Positions 51,370 to 62,242 of a stretch of DNA of 64,000 nucleotides are shown here, one piece after another. The translations under genes and the position numbers were made by a program. The notes below the pieces were generated by a model. The model worked only from the letters and a program-made list of their open reading frames with translations, was not told where the DNA came from and ran no database searches. Origin of the DNA: Schmidtea polychroa (taxonomy: Eukaryota); contig CM097885.1 in assembly GCA_044892525.1 (NCBI GenBank), positions 15,192,001 to 15,256,000 on the forward strand. The letters run 5' to 3'. The stretch's first letter is position 1; each line of letters opens with the position of its first letter.

Positions 51370-52425
51370 ATGGAGAAGATTTGGACGAACCCGGAAGACG
51401 AAGCCGGTTTTGGTGGAGTGGCAAAATTAAGGAAAAGAGTTCCGAATTCGAAAAAGGAAACTCAGAAGTGGTTATCAGACCAGCTTGCGTACAGTTTGAA
51501 CAAACCAATGCAGAAACGATTCCCAACAAGAGCATATAAAACATATGGAATAAATGATTTATGGCAAATGGATTTGATGGAGATGATACCCTATTCGAAA
51601 ATTAACAATGGGTATAAATATATTTTAACATGTATTGATGTATTCAGTCGGTTTGCCCGAGCAATACCCGTCAAGGCAAAATCTGCAGATGAAATGTCCA
51701 AAGCTGTTAATCATTTATTTAAAGATGGACATCCTAAAAACTTGCAAACTGATTTAGGTATTAATATTATTATTTTTATTATTATTATTATTATTTTAGG
51801 TAAAGAATTCTAAAACAGTAAAGTCAAGCAAATCCTCATTAAATTGAAAATAAACCATTACTCAGTACATTCTCAATACAAAGCTGCTCATGTTGAAAGA
51901 TTTAACCGAACTTTGAGAGATAGATTAAAGAAATTATTCGTGCATCAAGGTAATAAAAAATGGGTATTGGTTTTACCAAAAATAATAACCAGTTATAATC
52001 ACTCATCACATCAAGGACTGAATGGATTAAGGCCGATTGATATCACGTCAAAAACAATCTATTCTAAAAAACCTGAAAAAATTACAAAACCGAAATATAA
52101 AGTAGGTGACCATGTTAGAATTAGTAAAATTAGTGCATCACCATTTATTAAAAATTTCGATACAAATTGGAGTGATGAAGTCTTTGTAATTTCAAAAATA
52201 AATACTAAACAGAATCCTGTAATGTATGTCATCAAAGACGATGATAACAATATTGTACAAGGAAAATTTTATGAACAAGAATTACAAGTTATTCCTCCCC
52301 CAAAAGTATTTAGAATTCAGAAGATATTGAAAACTAAAAATAAAGGCAAGGATAAACAATACTATGTCAAATGGCATGGTTATCAAAACCCATCATGGAT
52401 ATCAGAAAAGGATCTAGTAAAGTGA
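51370..52425 (+). pseudogene. Retroviral-type (rve) integrase with C-terminal chromodomain; 42-nt intron-like insert and one premature stop
   Basis: WQMDL, IDVFSR, LQTDLG|KEF, VERFNRTL (DDE); chromodomain IQKIL...YYVKWHGY..PSWI; GT-AG at 51758-51799; TAA at 51811-51813. Confidence 0.9.
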
Positions 52426-53438
52426 ATTTTTATACTATTTTACCAAGCAATAGTTGCCCGCTTATTCATCCAGATAATCAAGCCAGTAAATTCATGGTCA
52501 ATCTCCAGAATCCGATTTCTTTAAATGGTGACTGGGAAGTTGCACTGCAAGATTTTACATTCGTGTACAATACATTCCCATTTTATAGTCAATGTAAGAT
52601 TGATTTCAAAAGGAATGCTATGAAAACATGTAGTGGTATCTTTATTATCAGTAATTATGATAAAACATATCATATTCCGAATCAAATATTAGATCAGCAT
52701 TGCACTATGTTTTACAAGGATGGATTAAATATCAGTTGTGATTTTAAACCATTTACAATAACATTCGAATATATTGAAGATGCCAGACGAATGGGCTGCA
52801 ATAAGTTGAAAAATGAAGTTATGGAAACAGAATATTTATTACGCTTTGATCTATTTGAAGCAAACAGTGTAATGAGAGAAGAAATCAAAATTTCAGTGTC
52901 GTATAATAATGAAGTTGAAGAATCATTCACCTTCGCTGACGAATTATATATTGATAAACTTGATGTGTTACTTAAATATTTAAAGTATAATTGTTCACAC
53001 ATATTTAAAAGTTTGGATATTGTGAAAGATTTGTTATTTACCTTCAGTTTGAATGATGACATTTGCGAAGTTACATTTGATAAAAATTTGACAAATACAC
53101 TTGGATTAGAGAAGCAGCAATATCGGGAAAAATCGGCTGGTATACGTAAACCAAGAATACTTGAACATCATCAACAAATGTTCATATATACTAATATTAT
53201 TGAGCCTATAATAGTTGGTGATTCCAGTGTTCCTCTATTGAAATCGGTGTGGATTGGAAAATATGAACATGATGAAGTTGTCAATATAAATATAGATAAT
53301 CCCATGTATTTACCAATTTCAAGCTCATGTATAAACAATATAGAAATAAATATTCGTGACGATAGTGGAAAACTTATAAACTTCCCAAAAGACTCAAAAA
53401 CTCATTTGACACTACATTTTCGTAAAGTAGATGGCTAA
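52371..53438 (+). CDS. Minor capsid protein (penton, single jelly-roll)
   Basis: FYTILPSNS...PDN.ASKF.V.L..PI.L.G.WEVAL at the N-terminus and IYTNIIEP.IVGD...PLL...Y.P...I.I.IRDD.G...LHFR at the C-terminus, typical of Maverick penton. The true start is probably near 52422. Confidence 0.85.
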   Translation: MAWLSKPIMDIRKGSSKVNFYTILPSNSCPLIHPDNQASKFMVNLQNPISLNGDWEVALQDFTFVYNTFPFYSQCKIDFKRNAMKTCSGIFIISNYDKTYHIPNQILDQHCTMFYKDGLNISCDFKPFTITFEYIEDARRMGCNKLKNEVMETEYLLRFDLFEANSVMREEIKISVSYNNEVEESFTFADELYIDKLDVLLKYLKYNCSHIFKSLDIVKDLLFTFSLNDDICEVTFDKNLTNTLGLEKQQYREKSAGIRKPRILEHHQQMFIYTNIIEPIIVGDSSVPLLKSVWIGKYEHDEVVNINIDNPMYLPISSSCINNIEINIRDDSGKLINFPKDSKTHLTLHFRKVDG

Positions 53439-53793
53439 TTCCGATATTATTAGTATGTATAGTGATAGCCAATCTGGCGGTGAATTACCATATTTTATTG
53501 GTAAACAGTACGGATCAGGTTGGTTAAAAACAATAGGGAGATTTGCACTTCCCATTCTTAAACGTATTGGTAGTTTTGGCATGAAAACTGCAAAAGATGT
53601 GATTATGAATGAACAGAAAATATTACCATCCCTAAAAACAAATGCTTTAGCGGAGTTAGGGAAGGTTCTACCTGGAGTTGCTGGTATGTTTCAAAAAGAT
53701 ACACCTCCAGTCCCAGCTCCAAAACGTAAAGGGCATGGAATATCGCGTATAAACAAACGAATGAAAGGACATGGAACTATATTTGCAAAATGA
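53431..53793 (+). CDS. Small virion protein with QxGG/QxGxG sites and amphipathic helix (pVI/'cupiennin'-like)
   Basis: QSGG...FIGKQYGSGWLKTIGRFALPILKRIG; located between penton and MCP. Confidence 0.7.
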   Translation: MANSDIISMYSDSQSGGELPYFIGKQYGSGWLKTIGRFALPILKRIGSFGMKTAKDVIMNEQKILPSLKTNALAELGKVLPGVAGMFQKDTPPVPAPKRKGHGISRINKRMKGHGTIFAK

Positions 53794-55013
53794 TTTGTGG
53801 TAAATCCGAATTATGTATATTTGATAGACCATCGCCCCAGGCAGTAATAGAATTTGGTGCCTTTGAGGAAGTTTTTCCTATGAATTCAATTACTGATAGT
53901 AGAAATGATATCGAGTTTTATATTAATGGTTCGCAAACTGAATATTTAGATTTGAACGATACTTTATTGACTGTTCAGATCAAGGTTGTAGATAAAGATA
54001 GAAAGGTTTTGGATGCCAATGCGGATGTATTACCAAACAATTTCATGTTTCATACTCTGTTTAAAGATGCAGTGTTGGGATTTAATAATATCAAGATTGA
54101 GGGTGGAAATAATACATTCATTCACAAGGCTTTGATAGAAACTATTTTAAATTACAATTCAGATACTAAAAATACCTGTCTTACACCTATGGGTTATGCA
54201 GCAGCAGATGATGAAAGAAAAAAGTGGGTTAAAGGCTCAAAAGTATTCACTATGTGCTCATCATTACAACTTGATTTTATGGATCAACCGAAATATTTAC
54301 TACCGGGAGTTAATATACATATTAGACTGAAAAGATCTGATTCTGCATTGTCTCTTACTAGTGCAACTGGTGCACCAATATGTCAATTAGTTGATGCAAA
54401 ATTATTGGTGAGAAGAGTTCGAGTAGACCCGTCAGTATTAGCTGGTCATCAATTGGGGCTTAATTCAAAACATGCAATTTATCCTTTAAAAACAAAGGAA
54501 ATTGTACAATTTGCTATTGCTAAAGGTGCTTCATCATTCTATAAAGAACAAATATTTGGTGACAGAAGAATGCCTAATTTTATTCTGGTAACATTTCAAA
54601 GTGAAACGCAATATAATGGATCGTATACTGCTTCCAGCTCAATTTTCAAAAATTTTGGTGTTACTTCATTGACTTTATCGAAAAATACTGATTATAGAGA
54701 AACATATACTCAAGATTTCGAGAATGATAATTACTGTGCGACATATATGCAGAGTATTGTTAGAAATCTGGGTTATTTAGATAAAAACTTGAATTGCGGA
54801 ATAACTCTTGAAGAATTTAAAAGCAAATACCCATTTTTCACATTTGTTCTAGCTCCCGATTTTGATTTAAATCAGAGTCAATTACCACAAAACGGGAATT
54901 TACGACTGGATATAAAGTTTGCAAAGGCCATTACTGAACCAGTACATGTTATAATATATGGAGTATTTGAAAATGAAGTTCAAATTACTGCAAATAGAAC
55001 CGTGCTAGTATAA
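53790..55013 (+). CDS. Major capsid protein (double jelly-roll, hexon-like)
   Basis: KSELCIF N-terminal motif, IEF.I.G...EYLDL, QPKYLLPGV.I.IRL.R and G.LRLDIKF; intact 407 aa. Confidence 0.88.
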   Translation: MICGKSELCIFDRPSPQAVIEFGAFEEVFPMNSITDSRNDIEFYINGSQTEYLDLNDTLLTVQIKVVDKDRKVLDANADVLPNNFMFHTLFKDAVLGFNNIKIEGGNNTFIHKALIETILNYNSDTKNTCLTPMGYAAADDERKKWVKGSKVFTMCSSLQLDFMDQPKYLLPGVNIHIRLKRSDSALSLTSATGAPICQLVDAKLLVRRVRVDPSVLAGHQLGLNSKHAIYPLKTKEIVQFAIAKGASSFYKEQIFGDRRMPNFILVTFQSETQYNGSYTASSSIFKNFGVTSLTLSKNTDYRETYTQDFENDNYCATYMQSIVRNLGYLDKNLNCGITLEEFKSKYPFFTFVLAPDFDLNQSQLPQNGNLRLDIKFAKAITEPVHVIIYGVFENEVQITANRTVLV

Positions 55014-55040
55014 ATGTATACAGAAATATAGAAAGTTGTC

Positions 55041-55424
55041 ATGGAGTAAGTTTTTCAATACTGTTTAATTTATTAAAGTAGTTCTGTTCAGGTCAATAGA
55101 ATTGGAAAACAGATATTGGGAAATGAATTTGTAGGAGTTTTTCCTCTCGATAAAATCCCATATTTGAGCAATAATCAAGCCATAATCGTCAATACTCAAT
55201 CGTCTCATCTTGGTGGAGAACATTGGATTGCTATATATGTGAAACCTAGTAATATATTCGTGTTCGATCCTATGGGTTTCTATTACCCTGCTTTGTTGGT
55301 ATCAAAACTACAAACAATGGGGAAACCTATTGTATATAATAAAACAATGTTTCAAAATCCCTTGACACAAACATGCGGTCAACATTGTTTAGCTTGGTTG
55401 TTGTATAAAAAATTTGATGATTAA
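55041..55424 (+). CDS. Adenain/Ulp1-like maturation cysteine protease (probable 33-nt intron at 55046-55078)
   Basis: FVGVFPLD, IVNT, GEHW, FDPMG and Q...TCGQHC catalytic residues; splicing gives the start MDSSVQVNRIG. Confidence 0.88.
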
Positions 55425-55449
55425 TAAATGTATTTTGTATCCTTTGTTG

Positions 55450-55494
<45 letters not shown>

Positions 55495-55561
55495 TTTTAT
55501 TAATATTATTATTATTTTATTATTATTATTATTATTAATATTATTAATATTATTATTATTA

Positions 55562-55609
<48 letters not shown>

Positions 55610-58600
55610 GATTTTTAAGGGGGTGTTTAAAATGGTAGAAATATTTGGTGAGGAATCGGTTATGGTGGAAATGTTTGAAATCTCTATTTAAATCGACAAT
55701 GTTCTTATTGGTAAAATTTTAAAGGGAAATAGTCAGTATTTAGCTATGAATTAATAATAGTTCCTGTGAAATTATATCGTTTTAGAGGTTTATTAGGTTG
55801 TGATGAATGTCATTGCACAGTAATTTAGATTTATGTTTTAGAACCAGTTTTTTATTAATTATCCACTGTTTTATTAAGTCTTTTAGGGTTAATGATCAAT
55901 TTACTTGGTTTTCACAATGAAATATTTGAAATCTTTAGAATTAATTGGGATTGATATCAAAGGTTATTGCTTTAAATTATTTTACTTAAGAAGTTATTTT
56001 ATTCATTGTGGGGACATCAGTGACAAAACTTGAGAAATATTGACTTAAAAGTTGGAAATCGACAACGGCTAAAGAAAATTGATCTTTATTGAAGGAATTT
56101 TATGATTTTAATTAGAAATTAAATCGGTTGAATATCAGTTAATCTATTGAAGGAATATTGTTATCGGATGGATAAGTGATATTTTGCCAAATTACCTTTG
56201 CTAAATATTATTTTAAATCACTAAAAATGAGAAAATTAAGCACTATTCATAAATTTATCGCACAAAATATCCATGTTTTGGTTACTCAAACATCTTAAAT
56301 TTCTCGCAAAGATATATTACGTCTAATGATCATCTAATTAAATTAGAAAAGAATTGTTACTTTATATTTTTAACTAATAAGCACCTTATTTGGTTAAATG
56401 ATAACCATATTTCTATTATGACTCCTTTAAATATTTTTGCCTCAAACAAATTTACTCCAAATGATAAAGAATTTAAAATTATCAATGAATAAAGACCATG
56501 TTTTTCTCATATTATTAACTATTGTAACGAACATTAGATGAATAAATTAATTTTTGCTTTAAATGACTACAAAGTTAACCAATAAATTAGTCGCTCGACA
56601 TAAGTGTAAAGTTACATTTAAAATATTCACAAATTTCTGATTATCTTACCTAAGAATTTCTAAATGATTAATATTGCGACATGTTGAGTGTGACCAGTAC
56701 CCTTGCTACCATTACCCAAAGGGGGACAGAATATCTTGCCGGATAAACTCGGAGTATATGGTCTTTATTGATATATCAAAATACTGTTATTTATAAATTA
56801 ACTAAAAATACTCAAAAATACTATATTATTTTACTGAATGATACCTTAAATGTTTTTAATATACATATTTCTAAAATAAATCAACAGTTCAAACCAACAA
56901 CATGTATGGATGACCACCCATTGTTAATTTATTTCCAGTGTCACGTCCCTCAAAAATACCGTGAGTGTTTTAACAAAACTGAGCTAAAAGAAACTTTCCA
57001 GATAACAACTCACCTGAATGTTTTGAACAAAAATGAGCAAAATTGAGAACAAACGATTAGATGGCGATTAACTTCTGGCCACATCCCTAACAACATGAAA
57101 ATTAAGATTTTAATTATTGAATTCGTTGTTTTCTGCCTGGAAATACTAACAGAATATTTTTTAATTCAAAGAATCTTCATTATAAATTTTTGAATTTAAA
57201 AAATTAAATGAAGGATATATTAAATTTACAATACATAATATTATATAAAATTATACTGTATTTATTAATAAATTTAGAATACATAAAATTATAATATTAT
57301 AATATTTTATAAAGTTATACTATATAATAATGTTTAAATATGCTTAAATAACTAAATTGTTTAAATATTTTTAAATAACTAAATTTAAATTATTTAAATA
57401 TAATTCTGATATAACGTTATTTCTTTCGTTTTAGTATCCATAAAGTAAGTAAATAAAGAATTTACTACAATATTTTAATTATTTTACTTAGTAATGAAGA
57501 AAATGAATTATATAATTATGAAGAAGATGAACAAAATGGTGAAACACTAAATGACTTATGTTCTGGATTTAGAGATTTCTTATTAAAACATGAATTATAG
57601 AAGAAAATGAACCAGACAAAATGGTGAAACATTGCTATGTTCGGGATTTCTTAAATGAATTAGCTGATTGTAGGTGTCCTTCAACATGAATTATCAGACT
57701 TAAATTATGTAAACTTTCAACGAATGTCAAGAAAAATGGGAAAACCGATGTTTTAGCAATTAGATATTGTAAAGTACTACCTGAAGAATATTATTATTAA
57801 TGTAAGACATGAATTAATTCTTTAAAATAAATATATTATATTTAGGTATCTGTGTTTTATGGTGGGAAATGTCATTGAAAAAGTATACCACAAATAACAG
57901 TTGCCTAATAGTCAGGTAGAATTTAATTTCTGACGATAAAATGATAAATAACATCTGTAAGTTAATGGCTTTTAAATTTTAGCAATGATAGTTGACACCG
58001 CATCAGAAACTAAGAAATACGTCCAATTTGCAAGATGTATTCCAAATGGCCTGATGGAGATGATAATTTTGAGATAGATTACCAGCAGAAGAGCGAGAAA
58101 AATTTGTAAATTAAATATAATAGGGTTGGGTGGGTCCTCTTTATCCCTTAATTAATATATATTTACAAGCTGATCGTCGTGGTAGGCGGTTGTAATCCAA
58201 CTAGTGGGAGGCCTCTGTAAATATATATTTGTGTTAGTGAAAACATTAATTAATTTGGTTATATTGCCAATGACGCATGTATTTTGAAATTATACGTTTC
58301 GAATGTGCTGGTAGTTGACTACCCATGCTAGGCGTAATGTTCCGTACGGAAAGCTATAATGCCCAGGTTCTTTTGACCCCACTTGGGGGAGGCACAGACG
58401 ACCCTTGTGGACGCGAACAAATATCCACCGTGTCTTTCAGGCACAGATATTTGGTCACTGCTCATTAGACCTGGCAATACTAAATGCATAAACTTTGCCT
58501 TGTCCTCTCTTGTCTTGATTTTTATCGTTTAAATAGTATGTGTGATAGGTTTTATTTACTAACCATAATTAATATACCCTTGCGATATGTTGAGTGTGAG

Positions 58601-58838
58601 TAGTACCTTTGTGAGCAATACCCATAGGGGGACAGAATATTTTGTCGGATAGACTATGAGTATATACACCCATGTTAAACAAGGTATGTGTATATAGAAT
58701 GTGTGTGTAAAATTATCGCTCCTTATTGACAACTTCCTGTAAAGGCAAACACAGAATACTGCAAACATAATAATACTCTACCCCATAACTTAGTATGTAA
58801 AAATTATTTAAGGTTTTTTCACTAATAATAATAATAAT

Positions 58839-58914
<76 letters not shown>

Positions 58915-58916
<2 letters not shown>

Positions 58917-59420
58917 GTTTAATGGGTTGTATATGTGTGTAAAAAATATTTGAGGTTTTCACGAATATTGATAATAATAATGGTTTATGAGTGTTTTTAT
59001 GTTTTTGACTAATATTTGCAATAATAATAATGGTTAATGGGTTGTGTGTGTGTGTGTGTAGAAAATATTTTAGGTTTTCACTAATATTGATAATAATAAT
59101 TGTTAATGGGTTGTGTGAGTGTAAATAATATTTTAGGTTTTTGACTAATATTTGCAATAATAATAATAATAATAATAAGTTTAATGAGTTGTATGTGTGT
59201 GTGTAAAAATATTTTAGGTTTTTAATATTGATAATAATAATAATAATGGTTTATGGGTTGTGTGAGTAAACCATATTTTAGATTTTTCACTAATAATGAT
59301 AATAATAATGGTTAATGAGTTGTGCATGTGTGTGTGTAGAAAATATTTTAGGTTTTTAATATTGATAATAATAATAATGGTTGAGGGGTTGTGTGTGTAA
59401 ACCATATTTTAGATTTTTCA
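58915..59420. repeat. About 60-bp minisatellite with (TG)n and (TAA)n inside the right arm of element B
   Basis: Repeated TTAATGGGTTGTGTGTG...AAATATTTTAGGTTTT...AATAATAAT; flanked by long (TAA)n tracts. Confidence 0.85.
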
Positions 59421-59425
59421 TTAAC

Positions 59426-59490
<65 letters not shown>

Positions 59491-60134
59491 TTAAAACTTT
59501 GAAAATAACATCTTTCGCGCGGATGTTAATATCATTCCCAATAATAATGATGATAATAATATTTATATATCAGTAGATAGATCTCGCACTGGGCCTTAAA
59601 ATGAGCTATAGATCAATAAAATCTGTTGGTGGGAACATTAAGTTTTGAGCAAACGAAAACCAGGAGCCCGCCAGACCACTTAATAATATTTTTGAAAATA
59701 ATAATAATTTATGAGTCATCGTATGAGTCATCGAATGAGTCATCGTTCTAAAAATACATGATAATAATAATAATAATAATAATAATATTCTTGGGAGTTG
59801 TAATAATAATTCTTTGAAAATATCTTAGTCATTATTAATAATACTAATAATACCCTAGCGAGTTGTTGATTGTGAGCAGTACCCTGGTGATCAGTACCCT
59901 TGTGAGCAGTTCCCATAGGGGGACAGAATATTTTGTCGGATAGACTCGGTGTATATATGATAATAATAATAATAATAATAATAATAAAACTTAGAAAATA
60001 ATAATATGTAATCAACGATTTAAACAAAATTATATTATTACGTATTCTATAATTAAAACAGAAGAATTATATAATCAATGATTTAAACAAATTATATAAT
60101 CATCGATAATTAAAACAAAATTATTAATTCTAAA

Positions 60135-60510
60135 AATACTAGGCATCGTTCTAAAAATATGACGTAATCATTCTAAAAATAATAGGCATCGTTCTAAAAT
60201 ATTAGACATCGTTCTAAAATAAGAGGCATCGTTCTAAAAGTATGATGTAATCGTTCTAAAAATATTAGGCATCGTTCTAAAAATATTTGGCATCGTTCTA
60301 AAAATATTAGGCATCGTTCTAAAAGTATGACGTAATCATTCTAAAAATAATAGACATCGTTCTAAAAATATTTAGCATCGTTCTAAAAATATTAGGCATC
60401 GTTCTAAAAGTATGACGTAATCATTCTAAAAATATTAGGCATCATTCTAAAAATATTAGGCATCGTTCTAAAAGTATGACGTAATCATTCTAAAAATATT
60501 AGGCATCGTT
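60135..60510. repeat. About 20-22 bp tandem array containing ATGACGTAAT motifs
   Basis: Alternating AAAATATTAGGCATCGTTCT and AAAAGTATGACGTAATCATTCT units. Confidence 0.9.
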
Positions 60511-61370
60511 GGGTGAGTCATTGGGTGACTCATTCTCTTTGTTAATAATAATGATGATGATACCTTCTATCGCTCATTCGAAAGGTCTTGGACTGAGCTT
60601 TAAGATGAGGTATCTGTTAATAAATTCGGATAATGGGAACATTAATTTTTGGGATGAAAAAAAGTGTGAGCCCGCCAGATCACTTAATAATATTTTGGAA
60701 AATAATAATAATTTAACTTTGAAAAGATGGTGGTCATCAATTGTTAATAACATTAAAACTATTAAAGATATATAAGATACCTATAGCTCATTCGAAAGGT
60801 CTTGGACTGAGCTTTAAGATGAGGTATCGGTCAATAAAATCTGTTAACGAGAACATTAATTTTTGGGATGAAAAAAAGTAGGGGCCCTCTGGATCACTTA
60901 ATAATATTTTGACAAATAATAATAATTTAACTTTGAAAAGATGGTGGTCATCAATTGTTAATAACATTAAAACTATTAAAGATATATAAGATACCTATAG
61001 CTCATTCGAAAGGTCTTGGACTGAGCTTTAAGATGAGGTATCGGTCAATAAAATCTGTTAACGAGAACATTAACTTTTGGGATGAAAAAAAGTGTGAGCC
61101 CGCCAGATCACTTAATTAAAACAAAAAATTAAATTAAAAAAAAATGACCTTGACCTTGACCTTTTATTTAAAAAAAAATTTTTCCCCGGGGGGGGGAGGG
61201 GGTATATGTGATGCGGGGAGCTCCTGATCTGGATGGCCCACATCCTACTACTATTGATGTTTTCATTATTATCAAAAGTAACTGAAATAAACGTTTATGC
61301 ACACGTTTTATTAAATAACATTAACAAACGGTTTCCAACATGAACATAAAACTAAAAACAAGTATTTAGA

Positions 61371-61541
61371 TTAACTTTGGAAGTTGCAAACTCTAAAAGC
61401 TTCCTAAATGCATTTTCATCACACATATTATGCGCATTAATATTTTCATTCCATATGTTGTGAATTATGGAATGAAAATATTAATATGTGTGATGGAAAT
61501 GCATTTAGGAAACTTTTAGAGTTTACAACTTCCAAAGTTAA
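61371..61541. repeat. Near-perfect 170-bp palindrome (foldback)
   Basis: TTAACTTTGGAAGTTG...CATCACACATATTA pairs with TAATATGTGTGATG...CAACTTCCAAAGTTAA; inner stem ATATTTTCATTCCATA / TATGGAATGAAAATAT. Confidence 0.9.
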
Positions 61542-61719
61542 TTTTCTTTTTAATAATGAATGGTATGAAGAAAATATTTAGGTAATTGTCAAAATTTTTG
61601 GTTAGTAAATAATTGATGTTTGAGAATATTTTTTGGTTTGGAAATGGATGTTGTTTGATTAAGAATATTTTAAGTTTCACACATGATAAAAAAATATCAC
61701 TCATTTATACAAACATATC

Positions 61720-62240
61720 ATCATCATTGTCAACAATATGTAAAACTTTTGTTCCGCCTCACCCAGACCCTTTATCATACTTATTTATTAAAGCCACATT
61801 TGACGATTTAAATGTGAAAAGTTGATAATTTTTTGACCCAAATCTCGTTTGTATGACTTTAGGTATTTCTAATACATTAAAAAAATCAAAGTAAGATTGA
61901 TGATTTATTTGTGTTTCCATTCTATCTAATACCTTTGGCTCGCATAGTTGTCTTTGGGCGAAGAAATATCCTCCTATCATAAAGGATTCCCCTATTTTCA
62001 TCATTAAATTTTCCTTTTCTTTTATTATACATAGGATGAAGCGGATTATAATTTAAGGCCTCTAATAATGTTTCCAATTTGAGAATTTTAATTTCCAAAA
62101 ATAATGAGTCGGTGCTACAGCTACTATGTTAATCTCACAATTGAACTGTTCCCGATACTTGTGAACTTGTTTATATTGGAGCTCATGCATTCTTAGTCTG
62201 AATAGGTCTAAAACTATTTCCCCGATATTCGATGGTCTAT
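61720..62240 (-). pseudogene. pPolB C-terminal remnant of old Polinton D
   Basis: RPSNIGEIVLDL.RLRM, KYREQFNCEINIVA and INHQSYFD...QTRFGSKNYQLFTFK match 15384-15971. Confidence 0.85.
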
Positions 62241-62242
62241 AC

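Larger units (their letters stand above)
46926..61252. mobile_element. Polinton/Maverick element B (14.3 kb) with 6-bp TSD, full virion module, no pPolB
   Basis: AGTAGTA...TACTACT termini flanked by ATTGAT at 46920-46925 and 61253-61258; long imperfect inverted arms; ATPase, integrase, penton, MCP and protease genes. Confidence 0.95.

Noticed and set aside
60135..60510. Possible CRISPR-like array
   Set aside because: Units are contiguous tandem repeats without unique spacers, the context is eukaryotic and there are no cas genes.
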